From an uncultured Ellagibacter sp. (GTDB lineage: Bacteria; Actinomycetota; Coriobacteriia; Coriobacteriales; Eggerthellaceae): a stretch of 24,000 nucleotides of DNA. Under the pieces are notes generated by a model. That model did not search any database. It worked only from the letters and a program-made list of their open reading frames with translations, and was not told where the DNA came from. The stretch lies in the NCBI GenBank assembly GCA_934661105.1, contig CAKUIV010000008.1:4504-28503 (forward strand), given 5' to 3'. Numbering within the stretch: the first letter of the stretch is position 1; each line of letters starts with the position of its first letter. Positions 11,771 to 20,756 of the stretch are shown here, one piece after another. The position numbers were made by a program, and so were the translations under genes.

Positions 11771-11805
11771 CGCGTGCGCCCGACCCTCTCCGCCGGACGC
11801 ACGCG
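11771..11805 (-). other. GC-rich hairpin between ffh and the flavoprotein gene
   Basis: A 12-bp stem (CGCGTGCGTCCG / CGGGCGCACGCG on the minus strand) with an 11-nt loop. The single non-Watson-Crick position is G-U on the minus strand but C-A on the plus strand, so the minus-strand RNA is the functional one. No U-tract follows. Confidence 0.4.
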
Positions 11806-11811
11806 ACAATG

Positions 11812-13221
11812 TTATGTCTCGCTCTCTTCGAGCATGGCCTGAACTTTCTTGATATCGGACATGCTCATGCCGCCCGGCATGCCGGGGAAACGACGACGAC
11901 GCTTGCCCTTCTTGCCTTTACCCGAAAGCTCCGCTTCCGTTGGCATCATCTTACGCATCATCTTTTTGGTCTCGTTGAACTTCTTGATGAGTTGGTTCAC
12001 TTCGGTGACCGAAACCCCGGCGCCGGCCGCGATGCGCGCGCGACGGCTGCCGTTCAAGACCTCCGGCTTCGAGCGCTCTTCCTTCGTCATCGAGTTGATG
12101 ATGACCTCCATGCGGTCGAGCGCGCCCTCGTCGACTTGGCCCGATCCGAGCGCCTTGTCGCCGCCGGGAAGGGCGGACACGAGCTTGGCGATACCGCCCA
12201 TCTTGCGAATCTGGCGGTTCATGTCTATGAAGTCGTTGAGCGTGATCTGCGACTTGGCGATGCGTTTTGCCGTTTCAGCCTCTTCGGCTTCCTGTTGGAC
12301 CTTCACGGCGCTCTCGATAAGGCTGACCATGTCGCCCATGCCGAGGATGCGCTTCGCGATGCGATCGGGATGGAATTCCTCGAGCGAGTCGGGTTTCTCG
12401 CCGGCGCTCACGAACTTGATGGGCTTGCCGGTGACCTGCTTGATGGAAAGCGCGCCGCCGCCGCGGGCGTCGCCGTCCATCTTGGACATGATGACGCCGT
12501 CGAAATCGACGCGTTCCGCGAAAGCGGAGGCTACATTCACGACGTCTTGGCCCGTCATCGCGTCGACGACCATGAGAATCTGATCGGGCTTGACCGCACG
12601 CTTGATGGCTTCGGCTTCCTCCATCATGTCCTCGTCGACGTGGAGACGACCCGCGGTATCGACGATGACGACGTCGCGCAGGTGGTCGATGGCGTCCTGC
12701 ACGCCTTCCTTGGCGATGGCGACCGGGTCTTTGCCCTCGCCGCGATAGACGCGCACGCCCATCTCGTCGCCGAGCGTTTGGAGCTGGTCGGCTGCGGCGG
12801 GACGGTACACGTCGCATGCGACGAGCAACGGAGAGTGGTTTTCCTGTTTTAGGCGATATGCGAGCTTGGCCGCGGCGGTCGTCTTGCCCGAGCCTTGAAG
12901 GCCGACGAGCATGATGACGTTGGGGATGCGACTCGACAGAACGAGTTTCGAATCGGTGCGCCCGAGCAGCTCGGTCAACTCGTCGAGCACGATCTTCACG
13001 ACGTTTTGCGCCGGCGTGAGCGAGTCGAGGACCTCGGCGGTGAGGCAGCGCTCCTTGGTGCGAGCGCAGAATTGCTTCACAACCTTGAAGTTGACGTCCG
13101 CTTCCAAAAGCGCGAGGCGGATCTCGCGCATGGCGGAATTGATGTCGTCTTCGGTAAGGCGGCCTTTGCCGCGCAAGCCGGAGAAGATGTTCTGCAAGCG
13201 CTCGGACAAGCTTTCGAGCAT
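11812..13221 (-). CDS. ffh: Signal recognition particle protein Ffh
   Basis: 469 aa. The NG domain carries GLQGSGKTT, DTAGR and SKMDGDARGG. The C-terminal M domain is Met-rich. GGAGG lies 5 nt upstream of the ATG. Confidence 0.95.
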   Translation of the reverse strand: MLESLSERLQNIFSGLRGKGRLTEDDINSAMREIRLALLEADVNFKVVKQFCARTKERCLTAEVLDSLTPAQNVVKIVLDELTELLGRTDSKLVLSSRIPNVIMLVGLQGSGKTTAAAKLAYRLKQENHSPLLVACDVYRPAAADQLQTLGDEMGVRVYRGEGKDPVAIAKEGVQDAIDHLRDVVIVDTAGRLHVDEDMMEEAEAIKRAVKPDQILMVVDAMTGQDVVNVASAFAERVDFDGVIMSKMDGDARGGGALSIKQVTGKPIKFVSAGEKPDSLEEFHPDRIAKRILGMGDMVSLIESAVKVQQEAEEAETAKRIAKSQITLNDFIDMNRQIRKMGGIAKLVSALPGGDKALGSGQVDEGALDRMEVIINSMTKEERSKPEVLNGSRRARIAAGAGVSVTEVNQLIKKFNETKKMMRKMMPTEAELSGKGKKGKRRRRFPGMPGGMSMSDIKKVQAMLEESET

Positions 13222-13270
13222 GGAAACCTCCGAATGATGACTCGAGGAATGAAACGTTCGTAACCCGATG

Positions 13271-13276
13271 ATTATA
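13271..13276 (-). promoter_or_regulatory. Candidate -10 box for ffh
   Basis: Perfect TATAAT on the minus strand about 50 nt upstream of the ffh ATG. The only -35 candidate is a weak TTCCAC at an 18-nt spacing. Confidence 0.3.
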
Positions 13277-13377
13277 CGCCACGCCGAACGCTTGGTGGAA
13301 AAGTCGATTCAACGGAGAGCGGGATTGCACCAAAAACCTGGATACGGGGAGGATGGGGCATGCCCCGCGCATCGCCG

Positions 13378-13412
13378 CAGAAAAGGAAAAGGAGCCTAAA
13401 GGCTCCTTTTCC
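13378..13412 (-). terminator. Rho-independent terminator of the zinc-ribbon membrane protein gene
   Basis: The minus strand reads GGAAAAGGAGCC-TTTA-GGCTCCTTTTCC followed by TTTTC. That is a perfect 12-bp stem, 28 nt after the stop codon. Confidence 0.75.
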
Positions 13413-13440
13413 TAATATGGTGTCACGCACATGGAAACGA

Positions 13441-14040
13441 CTATTTCGTTTCATTTTCCTGGTTACGCTGCTGAGAGCGCGGAGCGCGAGAACGGACCTG
13501 CTGCTGCGATCGCTGGGGGCGCTGTTCGCGCGCTTGTTCGCGAGGCTGATGCTGCTGGGAAGTTTGCGCTGCCTGCTGCGGGCGCGGACGGCGGCGTTGG
13601 GCATTGTGCCCCTGGCCTACCGGCGTCGCGCAATACGGGCACACCGTCCAGGAGGGATCGAGCGCGCGATGGCAGCTCGAGCAGAGGTTCTTCAGGCGCG
13701 AATGGCAGTTCGGGCACACGACGTAGTCCGCTTCCACGGGATAGCCGCACGTTGCGCATTCGCCGTACTTCATAAGCTCGCGCTGCTTGAGCGCGACCTC
13801 AAGCTCTTGCTCGTCGCGGTCGATCTGCAGCAGCGGCGGACGGAGCAGGCAGTACGCGATGACGCCGAGAAGCGGCACCAAGGCGACGATGCCCCACACG
13901 TACCAGTGCGTTCCGCGCATATAGGCATCGCGCACGACCCATACGATCGACAAGATGTAGAGCACCACGAGCAGCACGATGAAGATCGAGAACGCCGTCA
14001 TCAGTTCCGGCGTGATCAGCTGCGACATCAATTCGGACAT
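13441..14040 (-). CDS. Small membrane protein with an N-terminal PLD-nuclease-N-like two-TM domain, a double zinc ribbon and a Gln/Arg-rich tail
   Basis: 199 aa counted from the ATG at 14040, with GAGGAA 4 nt upstream. There are two TM helices with VWVVRDAYMRGTHWYVWGIVALVPLLGVIAYCLLRP. Four CxxC pairs follow (CATCG, CPNC, CSSC, CPYC). The tail is low-complexity Q/R-rich. Confidence 0.7.
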   Translation of the reverse strand: MSELMSQLITPELMTAFSIFIVLLVVLYILSIVWVVRDAYMRGTHWYVWGIVALVPLLGVIAYCLLRPPLLQIDRDEQELEVALKQRELMKYGECATCGYPVEADYVVCPNCHSRLKNLCSSCHRALDPSWTVCPYCATPVGQGHNAQRRRPRPQQAAQTSQQHQPREQAREQRPQRSQQQVRSRAPRSQQRNQENETK

Positions 14041-14098
14041 GAATTCCTCGTTTCCGGTTCGCGCATTTATCCCATGCGCTTCGAGCAACTAGCGAACG

Positions 14099-14107
14099 AT
14101 TATAGCA
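14099..14107 (-). promoter_or_regulatory. Extended -10 promoter (TGCTATAAT) for the zinc-ribbon membrane protein gene
   Basis: The minus strand reads TGcTATAAT about 58 nt upstream of the ATG. The TG is supplied by the end of the valS terminator T-run. Confidence 0.45.
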
Positions 14108-14148
14108 AAAACGCCGAGGACGGACCGTGAGGATGGCCCCGCCCCGGC
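14105..14148 (-). terminator. Probable intrinsic terminator of valS
   Basis: The minus strand reads GCCGGGGCGGGG...CCGTCCTCGGC. I pair about 10-11 bp with a bulge and G-U pairs. GTTTTTGC follows, and the element starts 11 nt after the valS stop. Confidence 0.45.
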
Positions 14149-14159
14149 GTATGCAGCCT

Positions 14160-16841
14160 TTACGCGAGCGCTGCGAGTTGCTCTTCCACTCGGGCGAGCT
14201 TGTCGCGCAGGTCGGCGAGCTTGGCGGTGTCCTTCTCGACGATCTCAGGCGCGGCCTTCGCCAAGAAACCGGGGTTGGAAAGCTTCTTCGCGAACTTCGC
14301 CTCGTCCTTCTCGAGCTGCTTCTTCTCCTTCTCGAGGCGGGCGCGCTCGGCATCGAAGTCGATGAGTCCGGCAAGAACGCAGTACACCTCGCACCCCTGC
14401 GCCACGACGCAAGCGCTCTCGGCGGGCTTTTGCGCCTCGGTCGGGAGGATGGAAAACTCGGATGCACGCGCCATCGAGGCGATCTGGCTCTTCAAGCCCT
14501 CGAGCACCGACGCGTTCTCGAACCCAGCGCGCACGATCACGGAAAGCTCCTGCTTCGGCGAGATACCGTAGCGGGCACGCGTCGAGCGAACCGCCGACAC
14601 CACGTCGACGAGCAGGCTCACCGCGCGTTCGGCGTCCTCGTCGATCCAATGGGCGAGCTCATCGGGCTCGGGCCATTTCGCAACCATGAGCGCCGGCGCG
14701 CCCTCGCCTTCGGCCTTCGGGACGTTTTCCCAGATAGCCTCGGTGACGAACGGCATCGCCGGATGAAGAAGGCGAAGCGCGGTGTCGAGCACGTACACGA
14801 GGTTGCGCTGCGTTTGGACGCGCGCGCCCCCTTCGGCCTTGAGGCTCGCCTTCGAAAACTCGATGTACCAGTCGCAGAACTCGTTCCAGAAGAAGTTGTG
14901 CAGCTCGCGCGCCATCTCGCCGAACTGGTAGGTTTCCACATATCCGGTAACGGCGGCGGAAAGCTTCGCCAGACGCGAGAAGATCCACGCGTCGGCCTGC
15001 GTCATGACCTTCGGCTCACCAGGCGTGAAGCCCTCAAGATTGCCGAGCACGAAACGGCTCGCGTTCCAGATCTTGGTGACGAACGCGCGTGCCTGCTCGG
15101 TGCGGGGGCTGCCGATGAGCGCATGGGTCTTCTTGTCGATGTCGGCGTCGAAACGCACATCTTGATTGTTCGTCACGAGCGTGAGCAGGTTGAAGCGCAT
15201 GGCGTCAGCGCCGTACTTGGCGATGAGGTCCATCGGGTCGACGCCGTTGCCCTTCGACTTGGACATACGCGTGCCGTCCTTCGCGAGGATCGTTGCGTAG
15301 ATGACGACGTCCTTAAAGGGGATTTCCTTCAGGAAGTACGTGGACGACATGATCATGCGGGCAACCCACAGCGCGATGATGTCGCGCGCCGTGACGAGCG
15401 CGGTCGTGGGATGATGACCTTCCAAGCGCTCGGGATGGTTCGGCCAGCCCTGCGTGGCGAAGGTCCACAGCTGGCTCGAGAACCACGTGTCGAGCACGTC
15501 TTCTTCCTGGTGCACGTGATGGCTGCCGCACTTCGGGCACACGTCGGTGTCTTCCATGAGCGCATCTTCCCAGCCGCAGTCCTCGCAGTGGAACACCGGG
15601 ATGCGATGGCCCCACCACAGCTGGCGCGAGATGCACCAGTCCTTGAGGTTCTCCATCCAGGTGAGGTAGGTCTGGGTCCAGCGAGAGGGATGGAACGTGA
15701 TGGCACCCGAGGTGACGGCCTCGGTCGCCGGACCCTTCAGCTTGTCGACGGCGACGAACCACTGCTCGGACAGCCACGGCTCGAGCGTGGAATCGCAACG
15801 ATAGCAGTGCATGACCGAATGGTGATGGTCTTCCACATGGTCGAGCAGGCCGTGCTCGTCGAACCATGCGACGATGGCCTCGCGGCACTCGTCACGGCTC
15901 ATGCCCGAGAACTCGCCGTAGCCTTCGACCACATGCGCGGTCTCGTCGAAGATGTTGATCTTCTCAAGGCCGTGGCGCTCGCCCATGGCGAAGTCGTTCG
16001 GGTCGTGAGCGGGCGTGACCTTCACAAAACCCGAGCCGAAGCCCGCATCGACGTAGAAGTCGGAGAAGATGGGGATCTCGCGGTCGACGATCGGAAGCCT
16101 CACCTTGGCGCCGACGAACTTGTCCTTGTCGTGGTCCTTGGGCGACACGGCGACGCCGGTGTCGCCGAGCATGGTCTCGGGGCGCGTCGTGGCAACGACG
16201 ATGTAGTCCTGCCCGTCGATAGGCTCGACAAGCGGATAGCGCAGATGCCACAGATGCCCGTCCTCTTCCTTGTATTCCGCCTCGTCATCGGCGATGGCAG
16301 TGGTGCAATGGGGGCACCAGTTCACGATGCGCTTGCCGCGGTAGATGAGGTCGTCGTGGTACCAGTCGCAGAATACCTTTCGCACGGCAGTGGCGTAGTC
16401 GGCATCCATGGTGAAATGCGGGTCGGAGAAATCGATCGAGCAACCCATGCGCTTGATCTGCTCGACGATGTGCCCGCCGTACTCATGCGTCCAGTCCCAG
16501 CACGCATCGACGAACTTCTCGCGGCCGATCTCGCGGCGGGAAATGCCCTCGGATGCGAGTTTCTTGTCGACCTTGGTCTGCGTGGCGATGCCGGCATGAT
16601 CGGTACCGAGGATCCATCGCGTGGAAACGCCGCGCATGCGATTCGTGCGAATGATGGTGTCCTGGATGGTGTCGTCGAGCGCATGGCCCATATGCAGCTT
16701 GCCGGTGACGTTCGGCGGCGGGATGGTCACCGTGCAATCGCCGACTCCGGGATTGCGGCGGTAGTAATCGCCCGAAAGCCATTTGTCGAGCATGCGCTGC
16801 TCGACCGCTTCCGCGTCATAGTTCTTCGGCATGTTTTCCAT
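14160..16841 (-). CDS. valS: Valyl-tRNA synthetase
   Basis: 893 aa. It has the class I HIGH-type motif (PPNVTGKLHMGHAL), KMSKSKGN, a CP1 editing domain and the C-terminal coiled coil typical of ValRS. Confidence 0.95.
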   Translation of the reverse strand: MENMPKNYDAEAVEQRMLDKWLSGDYYRRNPGVGDCTVTIPPPNVTGKLHMGHALDDTIQDTIIRTNRMRGVSTRWILGTDHAGIATQTKVDKKLASEGISRREIGREKFVDACWDWTHEYGGHIVEQIKRMGCSIDFSDPHFTMDADYATAVRKVFCDWYHDDLIYRGKRIVNWCPHCTTAIADDEAEYKEEDGHLWHLRYPLVEPIDGQDYIVVATTRPETMLGDTGVAVSPKDHDKDKFVGAKVRLPIVDREIPIFSDFYVDAGFGSGFVKVTPAHDPNDFAMGERHGLEKINIFDETAHVVEGYGEFSGMSRDECREAIVAWFDEHGLLDHVEDHHHSVMHCYRCDSTLEPWLSEQWFVAVDKLKGPATEAVTSGAITFHPSRWTQTYLTWMENLKDWCISRQLWWGHRIPVFHCEDCGWEDALMEDTDVCPKCGSHHVHQEEDVLDTWFSSQLWTFATQGWPNHPERLEGHHPTTALVTARDIIALWVARMIMSSTYFLKEIPFKDVVIYATILAKDGTRMSKSKGNGVDPMDLIAKYGADAMRFNLLTLVTNNQDVRFDADIDKKTHALIGSPRTEQARAFVTKIWNASRFVLGNLEGFTPGEPKVMTQADAWIFSRLAKLSAAVTGYVETYQFGEMARELHNFFWNEFCDWYIEFSKASLKAEGGARVQTQRNLVYVLDTALRLLHPAMPFVTEAIWENVPKAEGEGAPALMVAKWPEPDELAHWIDEDAERAVSLLVDVVSAVRSTRARYGISPKQELSVIVRAGFENASVLEGLKSQIASMARASEFSILPTEAQKPAESACVVAQGCEVYCVLAGLIDFDAERARLEKEKKQLEKDEAKFAKKLSNPGFLAKAAPEIVEKDTAKLADLRDKLARVEEQLAALA

Positions 16842-16905
16842 AGGGCTTGCTTACTCCTTCGATGAACTGATGGGCTGCCGCAATGCGCCTTCGGCATCGC
16901 GCCTT

Positions 16906-16934
16906 CGCGGGGGCGCGATACCTGCGCCCCCGCG
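16906..16934 (-). other. GC hairpin downstream of clpX, a possible U-tract-less terminator
   Basis: CGCGGGGGCGC-7 nt-GCGCCCCCGCG is a perfect 11-bp stem, 14 nt after the clpX stop. A T-run (TTTCGATT) is present only on the plus strand. Confidence 0.35.
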
Positions 16935-16948
16935 TTTCGATTCGCATC

Positions 16949-18349
16949 CTAGTTTTCGGCCGGCGCCTCTTCGCGCGCGACGATTTCGGGCTTCGTCTCG
17001 CCGGCGATGTCGCTCGCCCGCACGATAACGCGCGTCGGCTCCTTGTGCTCGGGCAGATCGTACATGACGTCCTGCAGCACGCGCTCGCAGATGGAGCGCA
17101 AACCGCGCGCACCCGTGCCGTGCTCCTGCGCCTCGTGCGCGATGGCGCGCAACGCCTCATCCTGGAATTCGAGCACGGAATCCTCGAAGTCGAACATCTT
17201 CGTGTACTGCTTGACGAGCGCGTTCTTCGGCTCGATGAGGATGCGCACGAGGTCGTCCTCGGAAAGCTCGTTCAAGGCCGTGATGACGGGGATGCGGCCG
17301 ACGAACTCGGGGATCATGCCGAACTTGTTGAGGTCCTCGGGCAGCACCTTCGCGAGAAGCTCCGCCTCGGCGTGCTTCTTGCTCTGCGGGATCTCCGCGG
17401 CGAACCCGAGGCCCTTCTTGCCGACGCGCTGACCGATGATGTCGGCCAACCCCACGAACGCGCCGCCCAGGATGAACAGGATGTTCGTCGTGTCGATATG
17501 GATGAGCTCCTGCTGCGGGTGCTTGCGACCGCCCTGCGGGGGCACCGACGCCTCGGTTCCCTCGACGATCTTCAGAAGCGCCTGTTGCACGCCCTCGCCC
17601 GACACGTCGCGCGTGATCGAAAGGTTTTCCGCCTTGCGGGCGATCTTGTCGATCTCGTCGATGTAGATGATGCCGATTTCCGCACGTGGGATGTCGAAGT
17701 CGGCGGCGGTGATGAGCTTCAGCAGGATGTTCTCGACGTCCTCGCCGACGTAGCCCGCCTCGGTGAGCGTGGTCGCGTCGGCGATGGCGAAGGGAACGCG
17801 CAGCGTGCGCGCGAGCGTCTGCGCGAGAAGCGTCTTGCCGGAACCCGTAGGACCCAGAAGCATGATGTTGCTCTTCGCGAGCTCGACGTCGCCCTCTTCG
17901 GCCTCGGCCTCGAGGCTGATGCGCTTGTAGTGGTTGTACACGGCGACCGAAAGCGCGCGCTTCGCGTTCTCCTGCCCCACCACGTGCTCCGACAGCTCCG
18001 CGTAGAGCTCGTGCGGCGTGGGAAGGTTGCCGAGGATGTCGGCGGGGGTGGGATCTTCCTGCTCGAAATCGGCCTGCACAATGGGAGCGGCGCTTGCCTG
18101 CCCACCGCGGGCGCCTTGCCCGCCGAAAGACGCCTGCGCGGCCTCGCCCTGCGGGCCGAAGGCTCCGGAAAGCCCCAGATCGCGCATCATGGCATCCGCG
18201 CACACCGAGATGCATTCGTCGCAGATGTAGATGCCGTTGGGGCCGGCGATCATGGCGGTCACCTCGTCGGGGGACTTGCCGCAGAAGGCGCAGTAGATCC
18301 CCTCGTCCCCGTCGTAGCCGCCGCGGGCGCCGTTGCGTTCGTTAGTCAT
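16949..18349 (-). CDS. clpX: ATP-dependent Clp protease ATP-binding subunit ClpX
   Basis: 466 aa. It has the N-terminal zinc ribbon (CAFCGK...CDEC), Walker A GPTGSGKT, Walker [10 protein letters not shown] and the ClpX LGF-type loop region. Confidence 0.95.
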   Translation of the reverse strand: MTNERNGARGGYDGDEGIYCAFCGKSPDEVTAMIAGPNGIYICDECISVCADAMMRDLGLSGAFGPQGEAAQASFGGQGARGGQASAAPIVQADFEQEDPTPADILGNLPTPHELYAELSEHVVGQENAKRALSVAVYNHYKRISLEAEAEEGDVELAKSNIMLLGPTGSGKTLLAQTLARTLRVPFAIADATTLTEAGYVGEDVENILLKLITAADFDIPRAEIGIIYIDEIDKIARKAENLSITRDVSGEGVQQALLKIVEGTEASVPPQGGRKHPQQELIHIDTTNILFILGGAFVGLADIIGQRVGKKGLGFAAEIPQSKKHAEAELLAKVLPEDLNKFGMIPEFVGRIPVITALNELSEDDLVRILIEPKNALVKQYTKMFDFEDSVLEFQDEALRAIAHEAQEHGTGARGLRSICERVLQDVMYDLPEHKEPTRVIVRASDIAGETKPEIVAREEAPAEN

Positions 18350-18370
18350 ATAGCTGTTTTCGCTCTCTTT

Positions 18371-19000
18371 TTACTTATCGGAAGAGGTGGCATGGCTCGT
18401 GATGACGTCGTCGACGAGACCGTATGCCTTCGCCTCTTCGGCCGTGAGCCAGTTGTCTCGCTCGCAGTCGGCATGAACCTGCTCGAGCGTCTTGCCGCAA
18501 TGCTTGGCGATGATGCCCTCCAAGCGATCGCGCGTCTTCTTGATCTCGTCGGCCATGATCTGGATGTCGGTCTGCTGAGTATGGCCGTCGCCGGTGCCGC
18601 CCATCGGCTGATGGATCATGACCTGGGCGTTCGGCAGGATGAAGCGCTTGCCCTTGGCACCGCCCGTAAGAAGCGGCACGCCCATGGAGGCGGCCATGCC
18701 GAGGCAGATGGTGGACACGTCGCATTTCACGAACTGCATCGTGTCGTAAATCGCGAGGCCGGCCGACACGCTGCCGCCCGGGGTGTTGATGTAAAGCGAG
18801 ATATCCTTTTCAGGGTCGGCGCTTTCGAGATGCAGCATCTGCGCGACGACGGAGTTGGCGACCTGGTCGTCGATGGGATCGCCCAAGAAGATGATGCGGT
18901 CGTTCAGCAGGCGGGAGTAGATGTCGTAGCTGCGCTCGCCGCGCGGAGATTGCTCGATGACATAAGGGATCAGCGCAGAAGATGCTCGTTCGATGCTCAT
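18371..19000 (-). CDS. clpP: ATP-dependent Clp protease proteolytic subunit
   Basis: 209 aa counted from the ATG at 19000 ([32 protein letters not shown]). The catalytic-Ser context is GMAASMG and the His context is MIHQP. The track start at 19108 adds an implausible 36-aa extension. Confidence 0.93.
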   Translation of the reverse strand: MSIERASSALIPYVIEQSPRGERSYDIYSRLLNDRIIFLGDPIDDQVANSVVAQMLHLESADPEKDISLYINTPGGSVSAGLAIYDTMQFVKCDVSTICLGMAASMGVPLLTGGAKGKRFILPNAQVMIHQPMGGTGDGHTQQTDIQIMADEIKKTRDRLEGIIAKHCGKTLEQVHADCERDNWLTAEEAKAYGLVDDVITSHATSSDK

Positions 19001-19030
19001 GTACAGCCTCGCTTTCGCTTTCATGTGTGC

Positions 19031-19056
19031 GCGCACCGCGCTCGGTGCGCTTTTTT
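19031..19056 (+). other. Terminator-shaped hairpin oriented on the plus strand, inside the clpP leader region
   Basis: GCGCACCG-CGCT-CGGTGCGC is followed by TTTTTT on the plus strand. On the minus strand an A-run precedes the hairpin. No plus-strand gene lies upstream. Confidence 0.3.
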
Positions 19057-19128
19057 GCATTCTGCTTTTATGATGGAACAGCGCGGCCCTTTTCGCAAGT
19101 GTCGGCAAACATGCTGTTCACGATAAGC

Positions 19129-19163
19129 ATAAAACGGGGCCGACGTTTACGCGCCGACCCCGT
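19129..19163 (-). terminator. Rho-independent terminator of tig
   Basis: The minus strand reads ACGGGGTCGGCG-CGTAAA-CGTCGGCCCCGT followed by TTTTAT. Two positions are G-U on the minus strand but mismatches on the plus strand. Confidence 0.7.
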
Positions 19164-19199
19164 CTCGTTCGGTTGGACCCTGAAAAAGGAGACGTTGCT

Positions 19200-20612
19200 T
19201 TACGCCTCGGCGTCAGCCTCGGGCTCGTCCTTCTTCTCGGCCTTCTTCTTGGTGGAAGACTTCTTGGCCTTCTTCTCTTCCTTGGCGGCTTCCTCGGCCG
19301 GGTCGTACTCGGTGACCTTGGCCTTGTCCATCACGTCGAGGGCCGCGCGGGAGCGCACGACTCCTTCGCGGACCAGGTAGAGCTGGCCGTTCTTGCGCCA
19401 GTCCTCCATGAGTGCCTTCGGGTTCTTGGCACCGGACTTCTTGAACTCCTCGAGAACGTCCTCGTCGGTCGCCTTGATGTCGAAGTGGGCAGCCCATGCA
19501 TCGAGCGCCATGTCCTGCTTAGCGGTGTCGGCGGCCTGCTGCTTCACGTCGGCCTTGAACTGATCGGAGGTGAGGCCGTTCTGCTGCAGGTAGGCGTCGA
19601 AGCTCGCGCCCTGGCGCTGGAGCTGCGCGAAGAAGTCCTGCAGGAGCTTGGCTTCGGTTTCCTCCTGGACGGCAGCGGGAACCTCTGCGTCGAAACGGCT
19701 GGCGAGCTCGTTCAGGCAGGTGTTCTCCTTGATGCGCGGGAGAACCTCGGCCTTCTGCTCCTTCACGGTTTCGGCGACGCGCTCGCGCAGGTCGGCGACG
19801 TTCTCGAAGCCGAGCGTTTCCTTGACCCACTCGTCGGTGAGCTCGGGAAGGACTTCCTTCTTCACCGCGAGGACCTCGACCTCGAAGTTCACGGTCTCAG
19901 TCTTGCCGGTGAGAGAAGCCATGAGGGTGGATTCCTTAGCGTCCTCGACGTTGATCGAGAAGGATTCGACGGCGCCCTTCTTGAGGCCGATGATCTTCTC
20001 GTCGAAGGCAGCCGGGAACAGGCCCGCGCCCACGAGGTACAGGCGGCTTTCGCTTTCGAGGGAGCTGACCGCTTCGCCGGACTCGTCGGTCGCCTTGATC
20101 TTGAGGTCGACGTAGGAGTCGGCCTTAACCTTGGTGTTGGCGTTCGCGTTCTCGAACTTGTGGTAGTAATCGCGCAGGCCTTCGATCTGCTGGTCGATTT
20201 CGGCGTCGGAAGCGCCCTCAGCGGGAAGCTTCACCTCGACGGGCTCGTAGCTGGAAAGCTCGACGATCGGCTTCACTTCGACGGTGAAGGCGAACTCGTA
20301 GGGCTTGCCGCCCTCGACGAGCGCCGGCTCGTCGAAATCGGGCTTGCCAACCGGATACAGGTCGCAGGAATCGATGGCCAGAGGATAGCTGCCGTTGACG
20401 ATGTCGTCGGTGACGGTAGCGGAAACAGCCTCGGCGCCGAGCGCGTTGTCGATGATGGGACGGGGCGCCTTGCCCTTGCGGAATCCGGGGAAATTATACT
20501 TGTTCGCGAAGTCCTTGTAGGTCTTCTTGATGCGATTGTCGACTTCTTTGGCATCGATGGTGACGGTCACCTTGACCTTGTTGTCCTGCAATGCCTCTAC
20601 TTTTGTTTCCAC
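19200..20612 (-). CDS. tig: Trigger factor
   Basis: 470 aa counted from the GTG at 20612, with GGAGGA 6 nt upstream (METKVEALQDNKVKVTVTI). It has the ribosome-binding N-domain (GFRKGKAP), a PPIase-like middle domain and a Lys/Glu-rich C-terminal tail. Confidence 0.93.
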   Translation of the reverse strand: METKVEALQDNKVKVTVTIDAKEVDNRIKKTYKDFANKYNFPGFRKGKAPRPIIDNALGAEAVSATVTDDIVNGSYPLAIDSCDLYPVGKPDFDEPALVEGGKPYEFAFTVEVKPIVELSSYEPVEVKLPAEGASDAEIDQQIEGLRDYYHKFENANANTKVKADSYVDLKIKATDESGEAVSSLESESRLYLVGAGLFPAAFDEKIIGLKKGAVESFSINVEDAKESTLMASLTGKTETVNFEVEVLAVKKEVLPELTDEWVKETLGFENVADLRERVAETVKEQKAEVLPRIKENTCLNELASRFDAEVPAAVQEETEAKLLQDFFAQLQRQGASFDAYLQQNGLTSDQFKADVKQQAADTAKQDMALDAWAAHFDIKATDEDVLEEFKKSGAKNPKALMEDWRKNGQLYLVREGVVRSRAALDVMDKAKVTEYDPAEEAAKEEKKAKKSSTKKKAEKKDEPEADAEA

Positions 20613-20727
20613 TAACTTTCCTCCATCGTTCGCTTGTCGCACGCGTTTCGGTGTGCAGCGCGCTTTCGGTTGCGGCCGATTTGGAGAGTAGTCTGTAAGC
20701 ACCGGCCCGAAGGCGCACCGAAAATGG

Positions 20728-20756
20728 ATTATCGCACATCTGGCGAGTTATGCCAA
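20728..20756 (-). promoter_or_regulatory. Sigma70-like promoter for tig
   Basis: The minus strand reads TTGGCA-17 nt-GATAAT. This predicts a leader of about 110 nt. Confidence 0.5.

Noticed and set aside
19031-19050. ClgR-type operator (CGC-N5-GCG) in the clpP leader
   Set aside because: The only match, CGCTCGGTGCG, is simply part of the hairpin stem. It fits the remembered flanking consensus poorly on either strand.
14127-20615. Plus-strand ORFs of 912, 747 and 480 aa (14127-16865, 16883-19126, 19173-20615)
   Set aside because: They are codon-aligned antisense shadows of valS, clpX plus clpP, and tig respectively. The sense-strand proteins carry unambiguous family motifs and the antisense translations carry none.
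20613-20702. Upstream-extended starts given by the ORF track for tig (20702), clpP (19108), the flavoprotein gene (11809), the zinc-ribbon protein gene (14088), rpsP (11086) and the DUF1847 gene (20750)
   Set aside because: In each case an internal ATG or GTG has a proper Shine-Dalgarno and matches the conserved family N-terminus. The extensions are basic low-complexity sequence running into promoter or terminator elements.
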